From a virus (taxonomy: Duplodnaviria; Caudoviricetes): 37,820 bases of DNA. The stretch spans positions 1 through 37,820 of the IMG/VR virus record IMGVR_UViG_3300024187_000016; one strand, 5' to 3'. Below are positions 7,734 to 15,865 of the stretch, piece by piece. The notes beneath the pieces are model-generated. The model had not been told where the DNA came from, did no database searches, and saw only the letters and a program-made list of their open reading frames with translations. A program made the translations under genes and the position numbers. Each line of letters starts with the position of its first letter. Positions within the stretch are counted from its first letter, which is position 1.

Positions 7734-7903
7734 TCCTGCTCGAGATCCTGCGCGGCATCGCCGAGACGATCCGCGAGACCCTGCCGAGCGACGAGCGTGA
7801 GGGCGCGGTGTTTATCGCGGCGATGGCGTGGAGCTTCGTCCTGTTCTGGGCAGCCGTGCTGATCGCGTCGTGGCTGAGCTGTCGTGGGTCGGGGAACTGC
7901 TGA
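7730..7903 (+). CDS. 57-aa single-TM membrane protein, not in the ORF track
   Basis: GGAGGTGA RBS, GTGA and TGATG overlaps on the two sides, and the hydrophobic stretch AVFIAAMAWSFVLFWAAVLIASWL. Confidence 0.7.
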   Translation: MILLEILRGIAETIRETLPSDEREGAVFIAAMAWSFVLFWAAVLIASWLSCRGSGNC

Positions 7904-8499
7904 TGCCAGTAACGGCCGAGCGTATGCTGCGCCCCGAGGCGATCGCGATTGCGAAGGCGTTCGTGGCCGAGATCGTGGACACGACCGACCAGTTGATCGT
8001 CGGGGGCTCGCTTCGGCGGCGCCTTGCGATGATCGGCGACGTCGAGATCGTGGCCGTGCCGCAGGTCGTGACTCACGAGTCGGGACTCTTCGCCGATCAC
8101 ACCGTCGAGATGGACCTGCTGGCCGGGCGCATGTCGGTCCTGCTCGATCGCGGCGACGTCAGCAAGCGCCTCGACAAGAACGGCTCGCCGCGCTGGGGAC
8201 CGACGCTCAAGTACCTGACCTACCAGGGCGCTCGCGTGGATCTTTTTTCTCCCGTAGCCGAGCGGTTCGGATGGGTCTTGCTTTTGCGTACAGGGCCTGC
8301 CGCGTTCTCGCGCCAACTCGTCGTCGAGCGCGGGCGGAAGACGAAGGACGGCCGTCCAGGCTTGCTGCCGCCGCTGATCGTGCCGCGTGATGGCTGGCTG
8401 ACGTGGCGCGTGAGCGGCGAGCGCATCGAGACCCGCGACGAGCGGACCGTGTTCGACCTGTTCAAGATGGCGTATCTCGAGCCCTGGGAGCGGACGTGA
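7903..8499 (+). CDS. Minimal X-family DNA polymerase / nucleotidyltransferase (palm and thumb only)
   Basis: GGSLRR, GDVEI (DxE), RVDLF, LLRTG and thumb motif ERTVFDLFKMAYLEPWER. No 8-kDa, fingers or PHP domain. Confidence 0.85.
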   Translation: MPVTAERMLRPEAIAIAKAFVAEIVDTTDQLIVGGSLRRRLAMIGDVEIVAVPQVVTHESGLFADHTVEMDLLAGRMSVLLDRGDVSKRLDKNGSPRWGPTLKYLTYQGARVDLFSPVAERFGWVLLLRTGPAAFSRQLVVERGRKTKDGRPGLLPPLIVPRDGWLTWRVSGERIETRDERTVFDLFKMAYLEPWERT

Positions 8500-9263
8500 C
8501 CTCGTACACCCAACGGAGCATGCCTGGCTCCCGAGCCGACGCCGAGTCGTCCGATCGACTGCCGACGCTGGTCCCTGGCCGCGATCGGCTGCCGACCCGC
8601 TGCCCGCGGCCGACCTGCGGCGCGGCCCTCCTGGGCCGCGAAGAGCCGCTCGGGCCGCATCAGCGCGGCATGCTCTGGTGCGAGATGTGCTCGCGGTCGC
8701 TCTGCTGGCTGGCGGCTCCGCTGGCGGTGGTGCCTCGTAGCCGCGTGCCGGTGGCTGGGTCACCGGCCCCCGTAGCAGCGCTACAGCCTGCGCCCATCGT
8801 CGTCCCGCGGCGGATTATCGCCGCCGGGTTTCGGCACATTGCGGGATGCGGCGCTACCTGTACGGATCGGTACGGCCATGACCCGGTCCTCCATGAGCGG
8901 CACGGTGCCGACGCCGTCCACGCCGAGCTGCGCGCCCGTCGCTCGGGCGACGTCGCGACGGGGCGACTGCTGGTGCAGCTCGGCCCGGCTCGGGTGTACG
9001 TCGACGGTCTGGAGCGCGCGTTCGCGCCGTACGACTGGGAGGTGCTGGCGTACCTGGCCGAACGCCTCGGCGACCTCTGTACGCTCGGAGAGATCACGGC
9101 TGGCGTCTGGGGCCAGGCCTACTACGAAAACTGGCGGCCGAAACGCTGGCAGCCCGTGCGGAACAACATCACCCGCATTCGCCGAGCCCTGGGCGTCGCT
9201 TCGGCGCTGATTGAGAACGACGGGCTGGGCGGGTACTGCCTGCGTGACGAGCCGCCGTGTTGA
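8496..9263 (+). CDS. Zinc ribbon fused to an OmpR/PhoB-type winged-helix DNA-binding domain
   Basis: CPRPTC...CEMC at the N-terminus. The C-terminus has WEVLAYLAERLGDLCTLGEITAGVWG...VRNNITRIRRALG...IENDGLGGYCL. Confidence 0.75.
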   Translation: MTSYTQRSMPGSRADAESSDRLPTLVPGRDRLPTRCPRPTCGAALLGREEPLGPHQRGMLWCEMCSRSLCWLAAPLAVVPRSRVPVAGSPAPVAALQPAPIVVPRRIIAAGFRHIAGCGATCTDRYGHDPVLHERHGADAVHAELRARRSGDVATGRLLVQLGPARVYVDGLERAFAPYDWEVLAYLAERLGDLCTLGEITAGVWGQAYYENWRPKRWQPVRNNITRIRRALGVASALIENDGLGGYCLRDEPPC

Positions 9264-9274
9264 TGGAGGACATC

Positions 9275-10312
9275 GTGAGCACCGACGACACTGCCATTGC
9301 CGTTCGCGAGCAGGCGGGCATCGCCGCGCTCGAGCACGTGCTCGGGACGGGCGATCTGGCGCAGCTCTCGAACACCGAGCGCGTCGGTCACTACCTGCGC
9401 GTCTGTCGAAGCCTTGGTCTCAACCCGCTGAGCCGGCCGTTCGACTGGATCTTCTTCCGCGATCCGGACGGGACTGAGAAACTCCAGCTCTACCCTAACC
9501 AGTCCTGCGCGGCGCAGCTCCGACGGCAGCACCAGATCCGCCTCGAGGTCACGCGCCGCGAGACGATCGGTGAGATGTTCGTCGTCGAAGTCAAGGCGAC
9601 GACGCCGGACGGCCGCGAAGACTTCGCGTCGAAGTACGTCCCACTGACGAACAAGTACGGCCGTCTGAACGGCCAGCAGTACGCGAACGCGCTCATGAAG
9701 GCCGAGACGGGTGCGAAGCGGCGGGCGACGTTCTCGATGGTCGGCCTGGCGCTGCCGCCAGACACGGACGACGGCGGGGCCTGGCGACCCGTCGTCGTCG
9801 ACGGGACGGGCATGATCGTGCGGCACCCGACACCAGAGCAGCAGTATCTCGCTGCGACGCCGACGGCCGCTCGAGCGATCGGTGAGCCCGTCTTTGAGGA
9901 TTCGGGAATCGCCGAAGACGACCTGCCGAGCCAGGCCGCGCGTCCGGAGGAGCTTGAGCGGCCGCGTAGATCCGGGCCGCTGCCGACGTTCCGCCCGACC
10001 AAGGAGCAGGTCGACGCCTGGCAGCGCGCGTTTTTCGCAGCGGTGACGTCCAGCTCACTCGACTCCGATGACGCGCGCCACCGCTACGTCGAGCAGTACT
10101 CGTGCAGCATGCCAGGGTGGCCCGTGGCGAAGCAGACCGACTCGCTGCCGACGTTCCTGGCGCGCTGCACGCCGCGGGAGGCCGAGGACTTCCTGGCGCA
10201 CACGCGCGCGCTGGTGGCCGACGAGAAAGCGGCGAACGATGAAGCGCTGCGGGACGCGCGCGGTTCCGGATCTGCCGCCGCAGATGAGGCCGCGGATGAG
10301 GAGCCGTTCTGA
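9275..10312 (+). CDS. ssDNA-annealing recombinase (Bet/RecT/Rad52-like superfamily)
   Basis: GDLAQLS..ER..YLRVC..LGLNPLSRPF and ANALMKAETGAKRRAT...GL motifs, plus an acidic EEPF tail. GTG 9275 follows GGAGG; 9263 is an alternative start. Confidence 0.7.
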   Translation: MSTDDTAIAVREQAGIAALEHVLGTGDLAQLSNTERVGHYLRVCRSLGLNPLSRPFDWIFFRDPDGTEKLQLYPNQSCAAQLRRQHQIRLEVTRRETIGEMFVVEVKATTPDGREDFASKYVPLTNKYGRLNGQQYANALMKAETGAKRRATFSMVGLALPPDTDDGGAWRPVVVDGTGMIVRHPTPEQQYLAATPTAARAIGEPVFEDSGIAEDDLPSQAARPEELERPRRSGPLPTFRPTKEQVDAWQRAFFAAVTSSSLDSDDARHRYVEQYSCSMPGWPVAKQTDSLPTFLARCTPREAEDFLAHTRALVADEKAANDEALRDARGSGSAAADEAADEEPF

Positions 10313-10590
10313 TGGGTCGGGTCTGCTCCTGGTGCGGCGGCGTGCGGGTCGCCGACCGGCGCCATCGCTGTGCGCCGGAGGATCTCGCACGGCAGCAGTG
10401 TACGAGCTCCGAGCGGACGACGCCGGCGGCCGTGGTGCCCAACACCCGATGGGCGCGCGGGTTCACGATCCGCGCGGACCGCATCCCGCGCGGGACGGGC
10501 AAGCGTGGCAGCATCGCGCGCCGCGTCGTGCTGACCGAGCTCGGCTGGACGCAGGTGAGCGCTGACGTGCTGCGGAGGATTGGCCGCTAA
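10312..10590 (+). CDS. Basic hypothetical protein
   Basis: Coupled on both sides (TGATG, TAATG); N-terminal CxxC...HRC. Confidence 0.55.
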   Translation: MGRVCSWCGGVRVADRRHRCAPEDLARQQCTSSERTTPAAVVPNTRWARGFTIRADRIPRGTGKRGSIARRVVLTELGWTQVSADVLRRIGR

Positions 10591-11357
10591 TGTCGTCGCA
10601 GTCCCCCTGGTTCGAGTTTCACGTCGACCTCCGAGACCACCCGAAGACGGACCTGCTCATGGATCTGCTGGCGATCACGCGACGCGACGCCGTCGGCCTT
10701 CTCAGCTTCGTCTGGGGGCGGGCGATGCTCTACGCGCCGTCGGGCGACCTCTCCGACTTCACCGACGGGCAGATAGCTCGATGGGCTGATTGGGACGGCG
10801 ATCCAGGGCACCTGGTCTCGGCGCTGAAGACGGCTGGCTTCCTCGACGCGCAGCGCACGTTGCACGACTGGCAGGCCTACGCGGGCCGCTGGATCGACCG
10901 ACGGAACGCCGACGCCGACCGCAAGAGGAAGGCCCGCGAGGTCGCGGCCGGCAGGGTGAATGGCAGCCATCCGGCGATGTCCGGCGGACATCCGCCCGGA
11001 CGGCGACCGGAATCCGGCGTACCGGACCTAACCGGACCGGACCTTAACCGGACCGGACCGGACATCCACCACCCCCTACCCCCTCCGCCAGCGGAGGGGG
11101 AGCTGACGTCAGCGACGAAGGGGGACGTGAAGCTCTGGACGGCAGCGAGAGAGCGGCTCAGATCCGACATGAGCCCGGCGAACTGGGACCAACTGGTCGC
11201 CCCGCTCGAGCCGCTCGGCCGGGCTCCCGACGGCGGGCTCCGTCTGCGTGCGCCGCCAGGTCAGAGCATCGGGGCACGGGTGACCAACGGCGTTAGGCGA
11301 GCGTTGCTCGACGCCGGCGACGCGGCGGGGAAGCAGAGCGCGATCGTGGAAGGGTGA
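10590..11357 (+). CDS. Replication initiator / replisome organizer with a DnaA-domain-I-like C-terminus
   Basis: WFEFHVDLRDHPK...GLL..VW..A...LHDW..Y...RKR is a typical phage initiator N-terminus. It has an internal repeat linker and the C-terminal segment LWTAARERLRSDMSPANWDQLVAPLEP. Confidence 0.75.
   Translation: MSSQSPWFEFHVDLRDHPKTDLLMDLLAITRRDAVGLLSFVWGRAMLYAPSGDLSDFTDGQIARWADWDGDPGHLVSALKTAGFLDAQRTLHDWQAYAGRWIDRRNADADRKRKAREVAAGRVNGSHPAMSGGHPPGRRPESGVPDLTGPDLNRTGPDIHHPLPPPPAEGELTSATKGDVKLWTAARERLRSDMSPANWDQLVAPLEPLGRAPDGGLRLRAPPGQSIGARVTNGVRRALLDAGDAAGKQSAIVEG
10969..11063. repeat. Iteron-like repeats, candidate phage origin
   Basis: TCCGGCG at 10970, 10980 and 11013 (variant at 10991). 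ACCGG at 11006, 11021, 11031, 11036, 11047, 11052 and 11057. All lie inside the initiator linker. Confidence 0.65.
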
Positions 11358-11364
11358 GGAGGGC

Positions 11365-11985
11365 ATGATGCCGACGGCAACCGTAGCGGAGCTCCAGGCG
11401 ATGACCGCTGAGAACCATGGCCATCAGGCAGCCGATGCTGTCCGGACCGCACCGTGGATGGTGCTGCGGGTGCCGAGCGAGGCCGAGTTCGGCGACGACG
11501 AGTTCTTCGCCTCGACGGCGCTGGCTCATCGCGCCGAGGTCCTCGAGGCGCGTCACCCCGACCTGTTCGGCCACCTGGCCGACCTCAAGGTCGTCTACCT
11601 GTGGAAAAGAACGGGCGGCAAGGCGAAGGGCAAGGGCGTCTACGGCAAGACGGCGAAGGCGTCGGGTTTGGTCAAGCACTTCTCGGAGCACGCGGCGTTC
11701 GTGATCTGGCTGGCGGCCGATCACTGCCGCGGTGCTGGCTACACCGAGCGGCAGCTCGAGGCGCTGCTGTTCCAGGAGCTGTGTCATACGACCGTCGCCG
11801 AGGTCGACGAGGAGACGGGACGCGGCGGCGGGCCAGCGCTCGTGCCGTACGACGTCGAGACGTTCCGCGCGGTGATCGAGGTCTACGGGCTCTGGGATGC
11901 CGACCTGCGTGACGTGGCGCCAGCGTTCCGCCAGGCTGGGCTGTTCGACGCGGGCGAGGAAGCCGACGCGGAGGACGATGACTGA
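11365..11985 (+). CDS. Putative phage metallopeptidase family protein with a degenerate active site
   Basis: VYLWK...GK..K..G...FVIWL...EALLFQELCH...PYDVETF..V...YGLW matches the family pattern, which normally has HELxH and HDxEEF. Confidence 0.7.
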   Translation: MMPTATVAELQAMTAENHGHQAADAVRTAPWMVLRVPSEAEFGDDEFFASTALAHRAEVLEARHPDLFGHLADLKVVYLWKRTGGKAKGKGVYGKTAKASGLVKHFSEHAAFVIWLAADHCRGAGYTERQLEALLFQELCHTTVAEVDEETGRGGGPALVPYDVETFRAVIEVYGLWDADLRDVAPAFRQAGLFDAGEEADAEDDD

Positions 11986-13235
11986 TGGCCGTTGCGCTTG
12001 AATCGCCGTCGGCAGTCATGCTGCCGGTTGAGTCGGTCCAGTTCGTCAGAGAGCTGTACCCACGGCTCCGCGAAGACGACGCCGCGATCGAGCGCTACCG
12101 CGCGGCACTCGATCGGTTACCGCCGATCATCGTCGCTCGCGGACGGGTCCTGGTCGACGGCTTCCACCGCTGGCAGGCGCACCGCCGCGAACAGGCAGAG
12201 ACGATCGCGGCGGTCGATCTCGGCGACCTGGCCGACATCGAGATTCTGAAGGAGTCGGTCCGTCGCAACTCGGGTCACGGGCGCCAGCTCGATACCCGAG
12301 ACAAAAAGCGTATGGCGGATCAGCTCTGGCGTCAGGGCGTCCGCGATGAGTCGGAATTGGCCGACCTGCTCAGCATCACGCCAAAAACCTGCGCGGAGTA
12401 TGTGCGCGGCGCCAAGCGTGACGAGCGGCAGGCGCAGAAAGAGTCGGCCTGGGATCGGTGGCTCAACTGCGAGTCATACCGTCAGATCGGCGCCGCGCTC
12501 GACGTTGACCACCAGACGGTTGCGGCGTGGTGTGGGGAATTCTCCAATCAATTGGGAAATTCCCCACCTGACTCCCGCCAGCACTTCGACGTCTGGCCGT
12601 TCGCGCAATCCGACGACGACGCAGGCGCCGCGTCGTTCTTCGGGCGGATGCCGCCGCAGGTCGTCGAGAATCTCCTCTGGCGCTACACCGAACCGGGCCA
12701 GATCGTCGTCGACCCGTTCGCGGGATCTGGGACGACGATCGACGTTGCGAAGCGGATGGGCCGGCGTGTCTGGGCGAGCGACCTGTATCCGTCGACGCCG
12801 ATGCTTCCGATCCATCAGCACGACATCGCGAGCGGCTGGCCGCCGTCCGCGCCAGGCCGTGCAGAGCTGATCGTGCTCGACCCGCCGTACTGGAAGCAGG
12901 CGGCCGGGCGCTACAGCAGCGACGAGCGCGACCTGGGAAACCAGACGCTTGACGAGTTCATGGCGTCGTGGCGCGCGGTCGTGGCGGCGTGCATGCCGCA
13001 TCTCGGGAGCGGCGGGCGGCTGGCGTTCATCGTCTCGCCCACGCACGACGGCGAGCGGGTTGTTGATCACGCGCTCGAGATGTGGTTCACCTGTCGGGAT
13101 CAAGGGCTTGCCGTTGAGCGACGGTACATCGTGCCGTACCAGACGCAGCAGGCGACCGGGCAGCAGGTCGAGTGGGCGCGCGAGCACCGTGTCGATCTGA
13201 AGCTGTATCGCGATCTCGTGGTGATGCGGACATGA
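11985..13235 (+). CDS. ParB-N / HTH / amino-DNA methyltransferase fusion
   Basis: ParB motif LPPIIV...LVDGFHRWQA, HTH SYRQIGAALDVDHQTV, MTase motif I VVDPFAGSGTT followed by motif IV LDPPYW. Confidence 0.88.
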   Translation: MAVALESPSAVMLPVESVQFVRELYPRLREDDAAIERYRAALDRLPPIIVARGRVLVDGFHRWQAHRREQAETIAAVDLGDLADIEILKESVRRNSGHGRQLDTRDKKRMADQLWRQGVRDESELADLLSITPKTCAEYVRGAKRDERQAQKESAWDRWLNCESYRQIGAALDVDHQTVAAWCGEFSNQLGNSPPDSRQHFDVWPFAQSDDDAGAASFFGRMPPQVVENLLWRYTEPGQIVVDPFAGSGTTIDVAKRMGRRVWASDLYPSTPMLPIHQHDIASGWPPSAPGRAELIVLDPPYWKQAAGRYSSDERDLGNQTLDEFMASWRAVVAACMPHLGSGGRLAFIVSPTHDGERVVDHALEMWFTCRDQGLAVERRYIVPYQTQQATGQQVEWAREHRVDLKLYRDLVVMRT

Positions 13236-13759
13236 TGAATGGGCAGCGGCGTCTCCACATCGGCATCGGGCACGAGGTCGCCGTCACCGATGCGCTCGCG
13301 GACCGTGGCTGGCTGGTGCAACCGTGGGGCCAGGGGCTCATCCGTGAGGAGATCCGTGCTGCTCTGGTCACGCGCTATCCGCCGGTGCTGTGGCGCTGGA
13401 TTCCTGATCTGATTGCCGTCAAGGGTAAGACGGTTGTGCTCGTCGATCCGAAGACGTCGCTCCGCTCCGATACCCCGAATTTCGCGATCGAGCAAAGCGC
13501 GCTGATCGCCCATCAGATCATGGCGAATCTCGGGCTGCAGATCGTCTACGTGTTCGCAGACCTGACCTGTAACGAGGTTCGTCACTTGAAGATTGCGCAT
13601 CGGACCCTGGATAGCCAGCGCCTCGCGACAGGCGGATCTGGGACGCCGTTTGTGCTGGTCCGGAAGGCCGACCAGCGTCCGCTTGACGACGTGTTTGGGC
13701 CGCCGGTTGGGCACCCGGAGTCCCTGGTTGTGGCGTATGACGACGTGAGGTTACCGTGA
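13232..13759 (+). CDS. PD-(D/E)xK nuclease-fold protein
   Basis: G..HE..V...L..RGW N-terminal helix and RWIPDLIAVKGKTVVLVDPKT; ATGA-coupled to the methyltransferase. Confidence 0.7.
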   Translation: MMNGQRRLHIGIGHEVAVTDALADRGWLVQPWGQGLIREEIRAALVTRYPPVLWRWIPDLIAVKGKTVVLVDPKTSLRSDTPNFAIEQSALIAHQIMANLGLQIVYVFADLTCNEVRHLKIAHRTLDSQRLATGGSGTPFVLVRKADQRPLDDVFGPPVGHPESLVVAYDDVRLP

Positions 13760-14058
13760 CCTTCCTCGACGCCGCGCCGAAGCTCACCGAGGCGTCGTTC
13801 CTGGCGCAGGTGCGCAAGGCGGCGAAGGTGCTCGGCTGGGCTACCTACCACACCCACAACAGCCAGAAGTCGGAGGCGGGCTTCCCTGACCTCGTCCTGA
13901 CCCGCCGGCCGCGCGTGATCTTCGCCGAATTGAAGGCAGATCGCGGGAAGCTCACCGATGCCCAGCGCGCGTGGCTCGACGAGCTCCGCGCGTGCGGCCA
14001 GGAGGCCTACGTCTGGCGGCCGAAGCACTGGTCCGCCGTCGAGAAACTGCTGCGCTAG
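13756..14058 (+). CDS. VRR-NUC domain nuclease (resolvase-like)
   Basis: TEASF...GFPDLVL...IFAELKADRGKLTDAQRAWL..L. Confidence 0.92.
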   Translation: MTFLDAAPKLTEASFLAQVRKAAKVLGWATYHTHNSQKSEAGFPDLVLTRRPRVIFAELKADRGKLTDAQRAWLDELRACGQEAYVWRPKHWSAVEKLLR

Positions 14059-14067
14059 GGAGGGCCG

Positions 14068-14388
14068 ATGTCTGCTGTGCTTGGAGCTGCGCTGCTGCTC
14101 GCGACAACGAGCTGGTGCCAGGAGGCGCGCGTGACGGGCTATAGCCGCCTGGAGTACGGGCCGACCACCTTCGACGGAACGCCGATCGGCACGCCGGAGC
14201 CCATCGCCGCGGCGTCGTGGAACATCCCGATTGATAGCGTCGTGGTCATTCCTGAGCTCGGCTCCTTCCGTGTCGCCGACCGCGGCATGCTCGGGAGCTC
14301 AGGCTGGGTCGACATCGCCGTCTGGTCGAGAGCCGAGGCCTACGAGCTGACGAGCACCAGAACCGTCTGCGTGTATCCCCCAGCGTGA
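14068..14388 (+). CDS. Exported 3D-domain (double-psi beta-barrel) protein, putative lytic transglycosylase
   Basis: Short signal-like N-terminus, then VTGY...TFDGT...IAAA...IPIDS.V.I...G.FRVADRG...WVDI. Confidence 0.65.
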   Translation: MSAVLGAALLLATTSWCQEARVTGYSRLEYGPTTFDGTPIGTPEPIAAASWNIPIDSVVVIPELGSFRVADRGMLGSSGWVDIAVWSRAEAYELTSTRTVCVYPPA

Positions 14389-14398
14389 GGTGACGACG

Positions 14399-14803
14399 AT
14401 GCAGGACCGGCGACTCCGCGCGCTGCTCGACGCCGAGGCTGCTGCGTTCGGCGCGCTGCTGCGGCGACTCCGCGAGTCGCAGACCACGTATGCGCGTCGG
14501 ACGAACCAGTGGGGAACGCGCTGGACGACGGTGCCGCTGAGCCAGAATGCATTGGCCGGGCGCGCCGGCGTCGACGCGGCCCACGTGAGCCGTCTCGAGC
14601 GGGGCGCAACGACGCCGAGTCGTGCGGTTGCCGAGAAGCTGGCCGAGGCGCTCGAGCTCGACGACGTCGGCACGAGTCGCCTCCTGATCGCTGCCGGCTA
14701 CTGGCCGTGGCATGAGCTCGACGAGGACACCGCGCTGCTGGTGGCGCAGACCGCGCTGGCCGTAGTCGCGGGCGACTACCGACGACTGGAGGATGAGCGG
14801 TGA
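14399..14803 (+). CDS. XRE-family HTH regulator
   Basis: FGALLRRLRE...LSQNALAGRAGVDAAHVSRLERGATTPSR...LAEAL, with a GAGGTGA RBS. Confidence 0.88.
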   Translation: MQDRRLRALLDAEAAAFGALLRRLRESQTTYARRTNQWGTRWTTVPLSQNALAGRAGVDAAHVSRLERGATTPSRAVAEKLAEALELDDVGTSRLLIAAGYWPWHELDEDTALLVAQTALAVVAGDYRRLEDER

Positions 14804-15012
14804 TCCACCAGGACATCATGGTCTATGCCCACCCCGACGGCATCACCTACGTAGGCTGCTTCGAGGGCTCCTGGCATCGCTGGCCCGCCGTTGAGCAGGG
14901 CTGGGCAGCGCGGACGCACGGCACCGAAGCGATGGCTGCCGGCTGCGAGGAGCTTGAGCCGCGGCTGGCACGGCTCGCGCTCAGGCTTTCAGGAGTCCCC
15001 GTATGCGCGTAG
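14800..15012 (+). CDS. Hypothetical protein
   Basis: GGAGG RBS, GTGA overlap and good operon fit. Confidence 0.65.
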   Translation: MIHQDIMVYAHPDGITYVGCFEGSWHRWPAVEQGWAARTHGTEAMAAGCEELEPRLARLALRLSGVPVCA

Positions 15013-15527
15013 CGTTCGCCGACCCTCCGTACGTCGGTCAGGCGGCCAGGCACTATCGGCACGAGGCGTCCTATGCGGGCGAGGTCGACCACGCGGCACT
15101 GCTCGCCCGTCTGGGCGCCGAGTTCCCTGATGGCTGGGCGCTCTCCTGCTCCTCGCCATCGCTCAGGCTGCTGCTGCCGCTCTGCCCCGAGGACGTGCGG
15201 GTCGCGGCCTGGGTCAAGCCGTTCCACGCCTTCAAGAAGGGCGTACGACCTGCCTATGCGTGGGAGCCCGTGCTCTTTCGTGGCGGGCGGAACTCGGGCC
15301 AGCCGCCCCCGCCAAAGGGCGGCCGAGCGACCACGCCGCGGGATTGGGTGAGTGCGAATATCACGCTGCGCTGCGGTCTGGTCGGCGTGAAGCCCGAGGC
15401 GTTCTGCTACTGGCTGTTCGATCTGCTCGGGCTCAAGCGTGGTGACGACCTCGTCGATCTGTTCCCTGGAACGGGCGCCGTCAGCGACGCCTGGGCGCGC
15501 TGGCAGACGCGGTGGGATGTTGCCTGA
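15003..15527 (+). CDS. Small beta-order DNA amino-methyltransferase
   Basis: N-terminal ADPPY and C-terminal VDLFPGTG. Confidence 0.82.
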   Translation: MRVAFADPPYVGQAARHYRHEASYAGEVDHAALLARLGAEFPDGWALSCSSPSLRLLLPLCPEDVRVAAWVKPFHAFKKGVRPAYAWEPVLFRGGRNSGQPPPPKGGRATTPRDWVSANITLRCGLVGVKPEAFCYWLFDLLGLKRGDDLVDLFPGTGAVSDAWARWQTRWDVA

Positions 15528-15694
15528 TGCCTGATTCGATCCTGCTGACGATCGCGCTCGGCCTGGCTGCGTCGGCCGCGGCGCTCGGGCTTGCCGAGTG
15601 GATCGCGCTCTGCCGCACACGGCGGCGGAAGCGGATCACCGACGCCGTGCTACGCTGGTATCTCGAGGACCTCGAAAAGGAGCGGCGGCGATGA
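15527..15694 (+). CDS. Small membrane-anchored protein
   Basis: TGATG coupling; an N-terminal TM helix followed by a basic tail. Confidence 0.6.
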   Translation: MPDSILLTIALGLAASAAALGLAEWIALCRTRRRKRITDAVLRWYLEDLEKERRR

Positions 15695-15801
15695 TGGCTG
15701 ATCAGTCGGCGCAGTCGACGGCCTGGCGCAACCGCATCGTGCGGAGCGGCGACGCCGCGCTCTCGGAGATCACGGCGAACCCGAAGAACCGGCGCCAGCA
15801 C
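15691..15801 (+). pseudogene. 5' remnant of a ParB-like gene
   Basis: AAGGAG RBS and MMADQSAQSTAWRNRIVRSGDAALSEITANPKNRRQH, the typical start of phage ParB-N proteins found before terS. Similarity ends abruptly at an AT-rich junction. Confidence 0.6.
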
Positions 15802-15822
15802 GGAAGGAACTGGCGCACGAAC

Positions 15823-15865
15823 TGGTATAATTCTCGTAACGCTAATTACGAGGATCTATCGAGTG
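15823..15865 (+). promoter_or_regulatory. Extended -10 promoter and RBS-sequestering hairpin of the HNH gene
   Basis: TG-G-TATAAT at 15823-15831. Stem CTCGTAA (15833-15839) / TTACGAG (15846-15852) overlaps SD GAGGA (15850-15854) before GTG 15863. Confidence 0.75.

Noticed and set aside
7510-8763. Long minus-strand ORFs here and elsewhere (e.g. 17667-18674, 19923-20840, 23022-24254, 27390-28379)
   Set aside because: They are antisense to well-supported genes, have Arg/Pro/Ala-biased composition and no motifs, as expected in high-GC DNA.
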